From contig BK006946.2 in NCBI GenBank assembly GCA_000146045.2, positions 512,001 through 576,000 of the forward strand: a stretch of DNA of 64,000 nt, in the 5' to 3' direction. The notes below the pieces were generated by a model. It saw only the letters and a program-made list of their open reading frames with translations, had not been told where the DNA came from and did no database searches. The position numbers and the translations under genes are program-made. Below, piece by piece: positions 1-11,695 of the stretch; positions within the stretch are counted from its first letter, which is position 1, and each line of letters begins with the position of its first letter. Source of the DNA: TPA_inf: Saccharomyces (taxonomy: Eukaryota).

Positions 1-1592
1 ATGTCATGTTTTTGAATATGAACCTGGAGCTCGCATATAACTCTTTCCAGTGGCACCTTTAGATTTATTTTAACTCTGAAATGTAGGTTTTTTTTTTTTT
101 AGACAAGTCACGATAAGTAGTTGTTGTTAGCGACTTTATTCACAGCATTTTTTTATGTAGCATTTGTAGAAATAGGGGAATTATATCGGAGTACTCAAGA
201 AACTAACGGGCTTCTGAGTAAAGGGGCTTCCCGATGTAATGGCATCCAAGGTACTTATCTAACTGATTTTTGATTGGAAGAAACATTTAGAATGCAACCT
301 CAATTGTGGGCAATTACGACCAATGACAGCCAAATCCAGTAAGGTTTCAAAGGGATAATTTACTGAGAAAACAGATTTACTATTCTGGAGGCAGGAGTGA
401 TATATTCTTATTCTTCCTATCCATGGGAATAACGATGCACTTTTTTATGGGTAAGGTGTGCTCCCAGTTTTTCTTACCAAGAAGTGTGCAATTGGTACGG
501 TAATATCGTATTTGTTTGCACTGATGTACCCACGCTTTAGCCATTTAAGTTATTACGAATCTACTCTGTCTATTTTTTTTTTACCAACTCCCTACCCAGA
601 GGGAAAATGCGTATGCAATCTAAAATACTTTATTTCCCATTCCGTGCCTTAGGCAAACACAAATGGATTTTGGCTGCATACCGAGGGGTCTAGGTGGTGA
701 TGAGGTCGCTACAACCCAGGATGGTTATCTCGTTTCTTCGAATTTCCGCAGCAAAGAGGACCCTTATTGCAGGGATGGAACCTTTTCTGCACAAAGCAAA
801 ATCCTCAGGATGTTTCTCTCCTCTGTCTTTCTTTGCCGAGCTCCATCGTGCTAGCGCATCGGACAGGAAGCAGTGAAATACAAGAAAAGTATACAAGCAG
901 TATTCCTGCTCAAGAACCCAGTTTTCAGTTATAGTTTCCACTCCTTTCAATAGATGGGAAACTATATATCCATTAACTAAAATGGCCAGTCAGACTATCT
1001 CTTCTCCTCACTAGTGCCTAATCTCTGGTGTCGCCACTCCTGCTGCTGCTAATTATAAGGGCAAAGTCAGACCATCACTTACATTGAGGTGAATATTAAA
1101 ACCAGTGAAGGTTCTGTTTTTCTCGGGAGTATTTCCGGCAGTAACACCGTTACTTATACCAAAGAGAATTTTTCTGTTGGTATGATTACTGACCCTGTCT
1201 GCTCGAAGCACGGTATCATCATTTACCGTTGTTTCTTTCGTCCTAGATATCGGTGTCTCAGAAACTCCAATTGAAGATGTACAGGTGATTAATTACGTCT
1301 TTTTATCAATCTATTTACCTATATATTTCAATTTTGATTTTTATTTGGCGAGTGACATGTGAAAACTTTGCCTATGAACCTGAATAGCGCATTCATATTT
1401 TAAGAACATGGTAGGGTATAGCAGATGTTCTTTAATTTTCTTTGACTGCGTTTACCCGGCGTTTTTTGCTTGACTGAAAATCAAATGAAGAAAAATAGAG
1501 ATGGTCTTTTCTTTTTGTCATATCCAAGAACACGTCCATCTAATTGATTAGTGCCAAAAATCGCAGGGATATAACTTCGAAAATTTCTCAAA

Positions 1593-1961
1593 ATGGCCAA
1601 TTTTTTTGTTAGACTGTGGGAAAGTGTATTTGAACCAGGGACCTCCCCCCAGCTGATCATCGCCACACACGTATCTTTTGTTGCACTACTACTGACCCTC
1701 ATCTGGCTCATCTATGCCACAAACGGGAATATCCACTTCTATGCTCTTTTCTGTATATCACTTTTACTATGGATTACCGTTATCTGGTTTATAAACGAAT
1801 TATCACACGTCAAATTGAAGGATAATGATGAGCTGGATAAAGATGCCAATAAAAAGGACGACAGTGCCATCAAGGAAGACAGCGAAGACAAGCAAGAAAG
1901 CGGGAAATCCACTAGTACTGCCAGACGGACTCAAGCACAATCTAGGTCAAGAAAAGCATAG
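1593..1961 (+). CDS. PKR1: V-ATPase assembly factor Pkr1, 122 aa, small ER membrane protein
   Basis: Complete 122-aa ORF starting at ATG 1593. Hydrophobic N-terminal half, K/D/E/S-rich tail. Length and position immediately upstream of the 943-aa EPO1 ORF match YMR123W. Confidence 0.75.
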   Translation: MANFFVRLWESVFEPGTSPQLIIATHVSFVALLLTLIWLIYATNGNIHFYALFCISLLLWITVIWFINELSHVKLKDNDELDKDANKKDDSAIKEDSEDKQESGKSTSTARRTQAQSRSRKA

Positions 1962-2455
1962 ACAGATACATAATTGACTACATAATTATCTCTGTTATTA
2001 GTATATCACAGAGCTTCCGGGTAAATGTCCGCAATTGTAAATTTTTTTGTCCGCTTCAGGGTCTCCCCTGATATTTTTTTTTTTTCAAAAATTCCTTTTT
2101 TTTAAATCAAATTTTGGGCTCAATTATGGACAAATGAAGCACATGCAAAGAGTTAACGCGTGCGACTGAATAGAACAACTCTTTCAGCATCGCAAACCCT
2201 TCAAATTGTGAATAAATAGGCATTTCAAGTAACTGTGTCAGCAGCACATTGCATAGGAATTCTGATTTTTTGTTTTAGTGACTGCCCTCCTAATTTTTTT
2301 TTTTTTAGTTTACGGCTATAGCTAAATTTGGAGCTTTCTTTCATTAATTTTCACCGAGCTATTAATAACCCTACAAAAAGAGCAGAGAGGTACAGCCTGA
2401 TCCGATAAAGCAGTGGGATAAAAAGTACTCAAAGACTATTTATAAAAAGTTCAAA

Positions 2456-5287
2456 ATGGATGCAGGTTTATCGACCATGGCAACAAGAAACGGTCAGTCT
2501 TCTGCTAGAGTTAAATTGAGAAATAACCTCTTGAATAATGATATAGGAAATATTGACATTAGGGATGAAACACCTATTTCAAGGAACGGGAATGACAGCA
2601 ATATTAACATCCAGCCTTCTTCCGTGCCGCAGCAGCAGCAGCAGCAGCAGCAATACTACCGTAATGGCATGAATGAGGCTCCAATACAAGCGCCACTTCA
2701 ACAACGTCAAATTCCCATGCAGAATTATTCACAACAGCAACGCCAGCAACAACAGTATAATTTTGAGTATTCCAATCCACATATGAATGAGATTCCCCTC
2801 ATGCAGCATAACTTCACCAAACCATCACTAAGCAATAATCGCGATAATGTTAATGGTAAGAAAGCTTCCTCATTTACCCAGAGCTCATTTTCCAATTTTT
2901 TCAAACATAAGCATCAATTTGGGAAGTCAAAGAAAAACACTAAGGGGACAGGAGGTGGTGGAGATGGTGATGATGACGATGAGGTTATCTTGGATGATTC
3001 TGCAAACTCCGACCTAACATTCAATGACATTCAGACCTTCGGTCACAAGGGCGGTGACAAATATGGATATGGTGGTGATTCCACTCCTATCATTCCAACA
3101 TTGGTGACTAAAGACCGCGGCAATATGAGTAATACTGAGTATAGGAAGTACATTACTAATCAAAGGAAAACCGCAATGAATGCCATGGCTAAACAAACTA
3201 AAAATGGTACATTAGCCTCGTTGCCTCCGAGAGCAATGTCTTTGCAAAGTTTCCCGAATGGTAATCCTTTAATGCAAGCACCCACTCCTCATCCTAGATT
3301 TCAACCGAATAAAATGGTGAGCGCTAATTATTCGAGATCAAATTCGTTGATGAGTGGACCTCCCGGACAATTTCGACAGCCGCAGCAACAAAGAATGCTA
3401 CCGATGAACAACTACAACAATCACCCAGGTCAATTCCAGAATACCCCACCAGTAATGCCCTCTGGACAACAGCCACCTCAGCAACCACGTACTCTGTCAT
3501 TAACTAATGGCCCAAGATATTCACCCCAAAATCCTCGGCCATTCGCAGGTCATCAGCAGATATCACAAAGACAACAACAACAACAACAACAACTTCAACT
3601 TCATCCAATGTCTGAAGGCTATCGGACAATGTCTCTACAAAGTCAGAACGTTCCCCAAGGGTTTAATCCATGGTCACCAAATGACAACGATCGTAAAGCT
3701 GTGTCCATGAAACAGCCAATCAGTCAATCGTCAATTTCCTCAAAGAATAATTCAGCTTATTCAATACCGAACGTACAAAACAACTCCCTGACTACATTCT
3801 CTCCGTCATCTCCTACTGATGCTACAGCAATGCCTAACTCTACAAAACAAGGATCTTCACCACTAAAAAAACAAGTGAACATTGATCAACCTATTGAAAA
3901 CAAGGGAAAACTGAATGTTTTGCAATTATCCACTCCTCAACAAAACGAGTTAAAGGAAAAAGAAAGGAAGCTAGCTGAAATGGAAAAATCTTTACGTGAG
4001 AGAGAAGCACTAGTAGAAGAAAAAGAAAAGGAAAGAGCTGAGAAAAATACTGAAGCAAATGAAGAGGAGGAAATTTCACATGAATCAGACGATTTAAATT
4101 TAAGACCTGCGAGTGCGCTAGAGACTGGTTTAAAAGATCTTAAATTGGAAAGTGAAAGTGCAGTCGCCAATAGAGCGTCCTTGTCGACTTTCTCATCCAC
4201 ATTTAGTGATTCTCCCTCCAAGCAAAGAATCATCAATACCAGAACAGGTATGTATAAGCTAGAAAACTCTACTGATATCAATGAATACGTGACCGCACAA
4301 GAATTCCCCTCTCCCGGAAAGTATAACTCAAATTCGGATAATGGCGAAATGAATACAACGAACGAGGTCGATTTTGATTTCAATACTAGTAAAAGGGCTT
4401 CTTTGTTACAATCCATACCGGAAAGAGATCCCAAAAGAAATGTCTCAGATGCTACCATTAAGCGACGTGAATCCGATGGCAATGGCAGGAGACTAAGTAA
4501 TGTCAACATATCCATGAACCAGGAAAACATCAACAATGATACTTTTCTATATAAAAAAAATAATCGCGATGGTCATTTATCAGCAGTTTCTCATATGTCC
4601 AGCTCTTCCCGTAGATCGTTCATCTCCAATACGCTGCCGTTGAATATTGATTCCGCCTCAGAATCTGATAATTTTGTACCGCATATGGATGGTTCACCCT
4701 CCAAAACAAAATCAGCCCCAGTTAGCTACGATAAGGATGGCATGAATGCTTCAGAAGAAGACTTCAGTTTTGATAATACTTTAGCCAAACCGTATGAACC
4801 GTTATATGCTAGGAGAGGAGACATAACTTCCGCCGGATCAACTAGTGGAGAAGATAGCTCTCAGCCAAAGATGATAACAATATCTGGTGAGCAATTGAAT
4901 TTGATAACAGAAAACAAAGAATTAATGAATGAGTTGACACTGGTGTCTACAGAATTAGCAGAATCGATAAAAAGGGAAACTGAATTAGAAGAAAGAATAC
5001 GGCTGTATGAAACCAATAATTCAGCACCATCTTTTGACGATTCTTCGAGTGTGTCTTTTTCTGACTTTGAAAAGGAACTGAGAAAAAAATCCAGTAAAAT
5101 TGTGCAATTGATCCAGCAATTAAATGACGAGAGATTAAAGAGATTCATTGCGGAGGAGCAGTTATTACTCCAAGAAAATGGCACCAAACCAAGTTCTATG
5201 GAACTAGTAGGAAGAATTGAAAACTTGAATAAACTTATTGATGAGAGAGATTCAGAAATTGAAATGCTTAAAGGACGTTTACAGTAG
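2456..5287 (+). CDS. EPO1: 943-aa Q/N/S-rich low-complexity protein with C-terminal coiled-coil; ER-polarisome contact protein Epo1
   Basis: Single 943-aa ORF with polyQ tracts ((CAG)n at ~2630-2656, (CAA)n at ~3571-3594), an acidic/coiled-coil segment (LKEKERKLAEMEKSLREREALVEEKEKERAEK) and C-terminal heptad repeats. Length matches YMR124W. Confidence 0.75.
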   Translation: MDAGLSTMATRNGQSSARVKLRNNLLNNDIGNIDIRDETPISRNGNDSNINIQPSSVPQQQQQQQQYYRNGMNEAPIQAPLQQRQIPMQNYSQQQRQQQQYNFEYSNPHMNEIPLMQHNFTKPSLSNNRDNVNGKKASSFTQSSFSNFFKHKHQFGKSKKNTKGTGGGGDGDDDDEVILDDSANSDLTFNDIQTFGHKGGDKYGYGGDSTPIIPTLVTKDRGNMSNTEYRKYITNQRKTAMNAMAKQTKNGTLASLPPRAMSLQSFPNGNPLMQAPTPHPRFQPNKMVSANYSRSNSLMSGPPGQFRQPQQQRMLPMNNYNNHPGQFQNTPPVMPSGQQPPQQPRTLSLTNGPRYSPQNPRPFAGHQQISQRQQQQQQQLQLHPMSEGYRTMSLQSQNVPQGFNPWSPNDNDRKAVSMKQPISQSSISSKNNSAYSIPNVQNNSLTTFSPSSPTDATAMPNSTKQGSSPLKKQVNIDQPIENKGKLNVLQLSTPQQNELKEKERKLAEMEKSLREREALVEEKEKERAEKNTEANEEEEISHESDDLNLRPASALETGLKDLKLESESAVANRASLSTFSSTFSDSPSKQRIINTRTGMYKLENSTDINEYVTAQEFPSPGKYNSNSDNGEMNTTNEVDFDFNTSKRASLLQSIPERDPKRNVSDATIKRRESDGNGRRLSNVNISMNQENINNDTFLYKKNNRDGHLSAVSHMSSSSRRSFISNTLPLNIDSASESDNFVPHMDGSPSKTKSAPVSYDKDGMNASEEDFSFDNTLAKPYEPLYARRGDITSAGSTSGEDSSQPKMITISGEQLNLITENKELMNELTLVSTELAESIKRETELEERIRLYETNNSAPSFDDSSSVSFSDFEKELRKKSSKIVQLIQQLNDERLKRFIAEEQLLLQENGTKPSSMELVGRIENLNKLIDERDSEIEMLKGRLQ

Positions 5288-5538
5288 ATGAATGATGTAT
5301 TTTATTGTATATATCGCTTAGTGCACCAAAATCATACTACGTAAGTATAAAATCACTTTACACGTAGAAGATGCTTTTTCAGATTGTTCTTGAAAAAGTT
5401 GAAAAAAATATAATTCACACTCAGCAACAGGTGAAAGTGTATAATGGGTAAAAAAGGAAGGACAGAAGGTATATTGCTAATCAAAACGACTTTGGTATAC
5501 GCGTTTGGGGCTACAATTGCATTTTAAATATATTTAAG

Positions 5539-8446
5539 ATGTTTAATAGAAAAAGAAGAGGAGGTATGTTTTAAAACCAATGTTTTCCAGAAGTTTCGTT
5601 CTAGAGTGTGTATATCAAGACCAATTAGGATGGTATTTCCATTTTTTGTCAGTTAGTACGGTGTGACAGAAAAGTGTACTTTTGTGGCACAGAGAAGTGG
5701 AGAAACGGTACACGTAGAATACATAACGGCAAGTAACCTCTCTTATTTTACTCTCCATCTTTACTTTGTTTTACATTCCTAGGATTATTAGGTTAGCTTG
5801 GTTTTACAAAAACTCAATTATTCAGTTTCATTCAAATTACTAACATACCCAACTTTGACTACCTTGCATATGATTTTACCGTTAGACTTCGATGAAGATG
5901 AAAATTACCGTGATTTTAGGCCTCGCATGCCTAAAAGACAGAGAATCCCACCTGTTGTACAACTGTGTAAAGAAATGATGCCCGATATTCGCACTATTGG
6001 TGAATCTGTTAAAGCTTTTGAAGATGATATCAAATTCTTGAGTGAAGCTATAATGAATGAGTATGGCCATGAGGACTACTTTAATAATGCTTTACTGAGC
6101 ACTTTAAACGCTGTTGTTGTGGAGCAACCACAGAAGCAAGCTGCTATCGCTCTCTTAACCATGGTTGTTAATTCGAAAAATAATGTTGCCGGAAAGAGTA
6201 TTATCAATTACTTCTTCGAAGAATTACAAAAATGGTGCAAGCAAACATATAATGATGAATTCAAGAGTACGTCAAATGAAACTGGGCCATGGAACAAGAT
6301 CAAGTTAATCCTGAGATTTTTATCCATTCTATCGCCCATGTTTTTAGTTGATGAACTAATCAATATCTACAAGAGCTTATTTGAATTGAGTATCGAATTA
6401 AACAATCTGGATCCAGGTAACAGAGTTCCTTTATCTGAAGCAATTTACACCAATACATTATTAAATATCCCGTATTTGTTCTTTTTTAATAGGAATAATG
6501 ACGGTTTGAGGACAAAAGTGGAGGAGTTACTTGCATACGTTGAACAAAACTATCTAGTTAAAACAACGGATATAAACCTATTAAGAGAATACAATGGTGA
6601 ACCTCCATATGAAATGGTAGAACTTGTCCGAGTCGTATTACCAAACGTCAAGAAGGCGCTAATCAATAACTTGGAACAGCTGAATGAATTATTTCCTGAT
6701 TGGAATCATTTATTAACTCCCCAAACCGGTGATGAAGGGTTCAATGACGCTTTAACCCTTCCATCAGTAGATGATCTAAAGTCTTTCGTGCGCTTGAATA
6801 AAAACTTTGGTTCAGTTGATAGCATGTGGAAGACACCAAGGTATGCTTTTCATGTTTACTTGCCAAACTCCGCTGGTAATTTCGAAACAGTTGTACCAAT
6901 CAGCACTTATGCTGGTCAATTATTCAACGATATCATTATTGATCTGGTGGAAAGTTTAGAATTCAATAGAAAGGAAGTAGCTAGACAAGTGATAACTTTG
7001 GATCTTTTTTTCAAAGCAGGTATATTTACAGAACCTGGTGAATCTATTGCCCAATTAATTGCCACTTATGAAGAGAACCCATTGGCTCCTACATTTAAGA
7101 TAGAAGATTTGGCTATTGAAACCATTTTGGGACTTATTTTTAAATTACCTAGTGTTTCCCAGCCTTTTGCATACTTTTACACTTTATTGGTGGATATTTG
7201 TCAAAATTCTCCAAAAGCAATTGCTCCTGTCTTTGGTAGAGCCTTTAGGTTTTTTTATAGTCATTTGGATTCATTAGATTTTGAACTAAAATTAAGATAT
7301 TTGGACTGGTTTTCAATTCAAATGAGCAACTTTAATTTTTCTTGGAAGTGGAATGAATGGGAAGACGATTCGATCAAATTTGGCAAGTATTTTTATAATC
7401 CAAAGGTAAATTTTGCTAAAAATTTGATTCAAAAAGAACTACGATTGACCTCTAACTTTTCAGAAGTAGAGGACAGCCTACCACAAGAATTCACGAAATA
7501 TTTGGATACTTCTTACATTCCAAGAGATCAACTGATTAACTACTATCAATCATTATTCACCGGTTATACGGTAGAAGAAGATTCCGTTAGAAAAAATGAT
7601 CTATATTTTAGACAAGAAGGTGTACCTATGGAAAACACAGTCCGTAAAATTTTAGATTATACCCACAAAGCAAACAATTCTAGGGAAGTTACTGAATTAG
7701 AAAGTATTCTAGGTGAGTTAAAGAATGAGTATGGTTCCATAATTTCCGACTTTAACAGATTTGTTATCATATTGTTAGTCCAGGCCGTTACAGACTCTGG
7801 TAGTAGATCTTTATCACATGCTAATAAATATATTAATGATTTAAAAGAAGATCTCAAAACCATATTTGCGAAGATTGAATTGGATATCGAGACAAAAGAG
7901 TATATCATAATTGAAGCCGTCCTAACATTTTGGAACGCCAACCCTCAGACAGGTTTCTTAGTAGCAGATGCATTCAAATATGCAGGTTTACTTACTTCCA
8001 GAACCATTTTTACATTTATATTTAACGAAACTGGTTTGAAGAATAATGGTTTGATTGAAGCTACAGCAATTGAAGCGGTCTTTAGAAATTTATCTCAACA
8101 AATCTCGGAAGAGAACGAAAGTGGAAATAATTTTGAGTTCGTTTTCGAAAGATTATGTACCATCGCCAACAGTACTATAGACTTACTAGATGTCAATGCT
8201 GATGAAGATATTGAGATACCTAAAGTCAACGGGGAAATGGACATCGACGATATTGAAGATGATAAACTGGATTTGAAATGGAAATATTTTACAGTGATTG
8301 GGTTTATTAAAAGTATATTAAGAAGGTATTCCCACGAATATCGTGAGTTAGCAGACAAATTCATTGCCAACATTGATAACGCTATTCCACACGAATCCAC
8401 TAGGAGAACAATTTCGAATTGGATTCAAGAAACAAAGGAAGTTTAA
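5539..8446 (+). CDS. STO1: Nuclear cap-binding complex large subunit (CBP80), spliced: exon1 5539..5563 (25 nt), intron 5564..5885, exon2 5886..8446; 861 aa
   Basis: ATG TTT AAT AGA AAA AGA AGA GGA G followed by GTATGT at 5564. TACTAAC at 5838-5844 and 3' AG at 5884-5885. Exon 2 then reads DFDEDENYRDF... in the frame of the 882-aa track ORF. 25 + 2561 nt = 862 codons. MIF4G-type helical repeat protein matching CBP80. Confidence 0.9.
5564..5885 (+). other. STO1 spliceosomal intron (322 nt)
   Basis: 5' GTATGT, branchpoint TACTAAC at 5838-5844, 3' TTAG|AC at 5885/5886. Confidence 0.85.
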
Positions 8447-8760
8447 AAAGATTCGGAGGATGGACTACATTCGTTATCACTCCGCTTTTTAATTTTTAAT
8501 CAATGTTACATACCTAGCGTAATTTTCCTATATATAAAATATCAGCTTTATATAAATATATTATTGAAACTGTACCTATAATAATAAATTTAAAATTAAG
8601 TAAATACAAATGCTTCAAAATTTGTTAGTATTGTTTTCTTCAATCATCTTTACTTAATTGTCATCGCAATAATTAAATTAATATTTTATTGTTGTTGCGT
8701 ATATAATACAACCTGAATGGTATGCTACACTATGTTACACTATGCTATTGATCAGAGTTT

Positions 8761-9789
8761 CTAATGACGAATTACACTTCTATAACTATCCGCTTTGGAA
8801 AGTTTGAGACGAAGGGCGTTACAATCAGAATCCGTATCCAAAGGATGTTCTTCAGAATTAGTCAGATCTACACCTGATGAAACATGCCTTGCGACAGTAC
8901 TTATGCTACTTTCTCTAACCAAATGTGTAGGCGGTTCGGGAAAGTAATGCATATCATCCTGCGCGTATTCGTTTTCATCAAATGGGTTTATTGAATATTT
9001 TGATTCAGTTCTTCCAATGTTATTTGAACTGCCATTTAATCTAAAATTATGTAAATTTGCAAATGAAGTGTCTCTTGTTAATGACACTTCACCGAAATAG
9101 AGACAAAACTTAACAAACTTTATGAACTGGTCTCTAGTAACGTCCTTCCCTGAAAATCTAATTGTTTCATATAAATCGATAAACTCCTTCGCCTTTTCTA
9201 ACTGAATTTTATTGGCGTTGTGATTAACAAATTGTGAGTTCACCACGTCGGCAAACGTATCTTCTAGATTCATTCTAACATCTAAATTGTTCAGAAACAA
9301 TCCATGGTATTTCAGTCTATCTGTTAAACTTTTTATACAATCAGCATAGTTTAGGTATTCTGGAAATAACTTTTCATCTAATGGGTAGTCACATCTCCTC
9401 GGGGGCTCAAGTCCGTCGTGAATAACAGGGTCTTTAGGTTTTTTGAGAAGAATTGTTAATTCTTTAGATCTTTCCATGTTCTGCAGTACTGCTTCCCTAC
9501 TAGAACGATGCGGGAGATCAGCAGGTGTGATCGGAATATATCTTCTTGGTATATCTTTTAAACAACTCTTATGAAATAGCATTCTTCCAATAATAATAAA
9601 GATACAAAAAACGCCAAAGACAACTAAAGCGCCTACAACAATGAACGTATTAAAGGCATTGTTTTCTGATTTAGAAGCTTGTGCAATGGAATCTATGGGT
9701 AAAACAACTGAAAACCCAATCAAAAGTATCAAAGAAACGAAAAGGGAAGCTTTGTATAACCACGACTTGAGTTTTGCGAATCCGGACAT
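8761..9789 (-). CDS. DLT1: 342-aa membrane protein (defect at low temperature protein Dlt1)
   Basis: 342-aa ORF on the minus strand with an N-terminal TM segment ([20 protein letters not shown]...[18 protein letters not shown]). Length and position between STO1 and SAS2 match YMR126C. Confidence 0.7.
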   Translation of the reverse strand: MSGFAKLKSWLYKASLFVSLILLIGFSVVLPIDSIAQASKSENNAFNTFIVVGALVVFGVFCIFIIIGRMLFHKSCLKDIPRRYIPITPADLPHRSSREAVLQNMERSKELTILLKKPKDPVIHDGLEPPRRCDYPLDEKLFPEYLNYADCIKSLTDRLKYHGLFLNNLDVRMNLEDTFADVVNSQFVNHNANKIQLEKAKEFIDLYETIRFSGKDVTRDQFIKFVKFCLYFGEVSLTRDTSFANLHNFRLNGSSNNIGRTESKYSINPFDENEYAQDDMHYFPEPPTHLVRESSISTVARHVSSGVDLTNSEEHPLDTDSDCNALRLKLSKADSYRSVIRH

Positions 9790-10328
9790 CTACTGCTAAG
9801 TATGGACACTCGTGTCTATAGATAGTATCAGGCCAAAGTTGTATAGCGGTATCTTTTTTTGAATAAATTTCAATGTGTTTTCCTCTGTTTAACCTCCCAC
9901 TTTCTTTGATGCTCAAGAGCAATAACTTTATCGCAAAATAACAAAACTTTAATATGTGTTGTAATTTTGGCTAAACCCAGTTCAACATCACCACAAAAGA
10001 AGGTTTCCTTTATGCCCTTACCCTTTCTGCCTTCTTATTCTAGAATTTGTTTTGATGCTGTATTTGTTTGGTCCTTGTTCGTCATCGAAAAACCGGCCCA
10101 AAAACGGCTAATAAAAACGTGAACCTGTTTTAAGTCTTTTGCTATAAAAGATATTTATACTCTAAAAAAAGGGAAACTTTTGCAGCAAAACAAATTTTAT
10201 GCATTAGTTCTCTGTTCTTAACTTGGTCAGACAAAATTCGTCCGTTTGTAGTTGTCTGTACAGGAATTCATCGAGCGATATTCTATCCTGAAATACATAT
10301 GCCATTAAGTTACATCCTGAATAGATTC

Positions 10329-11345
10329 CTAGTCATCTATCAGCAAATATTCATCTTTTAATTTGAACCAATTCCGTTTTGTTCCATGTAGTTTCAACCA
10401 GCTATTCAATGACTGCAAGTAAATTTGGTTATTCTCCCCAATACAGTTCAAGTGCTTCAAGGTCAAAATAACATCATTGACTCTCATTCCAGTCACGATG
10501 GAAAGATCCTCCAGGGTCACTTTATCATAATGGGCGAGGTCACCTTCAATAAGGTGCCAACAGAGTATCTGTGACCAATATTTCAAGTACCCGATTAGTC
10601 CAAAAGGTGATAACGGTACTTCTGGCCCTGATATTACACCTTCTAATTGGGATAGTTTGTATGAAAACTCGATAAGTAAAAGGCCTAATCCACGTCGTTG
10701 ATATGGGGGAAATATCAAGATGCACGCTAGATTATTTTGCTGATATGACACTAAATCTTTCGAAAAGAATCCCATCGGCTTTGTTGATCCAGTTTCATAA
10801 ACTATGTAAAATTCATAATGATCTACTTTGAAATACATGGATTTATTGTCCAGATATAGCTTAGTGAAAAGACAAAGACATTGGCAAAAGAGTTGATACT
10901 TGGATCCTTTTACTCTTCTTATTGTATATTCAGGACTCTTGTATTTTATTTTGCCTGGAACACGATATTGAAATGGACAACTTGCAACATGTCCTACAAA
11001 CCGCGTCTGATCATCCGTGTATTTGAAGCAGTATTCACAAACGAAAAGAGTGTCTAGCCAGTATTGGCTGTTAGAAACAGAGGAAAGCTGACCCTTGGTC
11101 TCGGAGCACCCTAGCCTTTTTGTTTCAGGATCGAAATAAACGGCGCTCCCATACCAAGTAGAGAATTTTTTATTCAGTCCAAACTGAATCTGTCTTATGT
11201 TCCTTTCGTTCAGTATTCCATATAGCATCTCTTTTTGAGTTTTTTTAATTTTTGCTGAGGGCTTATTCTTGCCTTTTCCACCATTCTTCTTTCCTTTTAG
11301 CTTCTGGGTAGTCGCTGTGAGTGATTGACTTAAAGATCTTGCCAT
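10329..11345 (-). CDS. SAS2: MYST-family histone acetyltransferase (SAS complex catalytic subunit), 338 aa
   Basis: C2HC zinc finger CEYCFKYTDDQTRFVGHVASC and acetyl-CoA-binding motif QRRGLGLLLIEFSYKLS. The track ORF (345 aa) begins with a non-ATG start; the first ATG (MARSLSQ...) at complement 11343-11345 gives 338 aa. Confidence 0.85.
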   Translation of the reverse strand: MARSLSQSLTATTQKLKGKKNGGKGKNKPSAKIKKTQKEMLYGILNERNIRQIQFGLNKKFSTWYGSAVYFDPETKRLGCSETKGQLSSVSNSQYWLDTLFVCEYCFKYTDDQTRFVGHVASCPFQYRVPGKIKYKSPEYTIRRVKGSKYQLFCQCLCLFTKLYLDNKSMYFKVDHYEFYIVYETGSTKPMGFFSKDLVSYQQNNLACILIFPPYQRRGLGLLLIEFSYKLSQLEGVISGPEVPLSPFGLIGYLKYWSQILCWHLIEGDLAHYDKVTLEDLSIVTGMRVNDVILTLKHLNCIGENNQIYLQSLNSWLKLHGTKRNWFKLKDEYLLIDD

Positions 11346-11549
11346 TTTTTTTGCGAGTGAAAACAAAAAGCAACTAGAAAATAGGAGCCTCCAATATCAA
11401 AAAATCAAACTTCAATTTAACAGATTCTTAGAGCGCTACATACTCTATCCAGTTCGATATGGACAAGACTTAATGATTTCATCATCTCTTCTGATTAACG
11501 ATTCTGTTATTCTTCATATTTACGCGCCTAACATATCATGATGATTGGG

Positions 11550-11580
11550 TGTTCCGAAAATTTTCATTGGCGATGAGCTG
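11550..11580. promoter_or_regulatory. RRPE (GAAAATTTTC, ~11556-11565) plus PAC (GCGATGAG, 11570-11577) ribosome-biogenesis promoter elements upstream of ECM16
   Basis: Exact PAC octamer 5 bp downstream of an RRPE-like A/T motif, ~120 bp upstream of the ECM16 ATG. This is the canonical Ribi-regulon arrangement. Confidence 0.6.
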
Positions 11581-11695
11581 AGTATTGAAAGCTCATTATA
11601 GTATTAGTATATTATTGTTAATAGCAAGTGCTATATGCTATAAAAATGCAATTACAACCCAATACTAATAATAGAGTGTCTTAAGAAATATAAGT

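Noticed and set aside
3937-4536. 199-aa antisense ORF inside EPO1, plus other antisense ORFs at 3014..3196 and 4861..5187
   Set aside because: They lie opposite a long, validated low-complexity coding region. The S/L/F-rich translation is typical of reverse-strand frames of K/E/S-rich genes. No independent start context or motifs.
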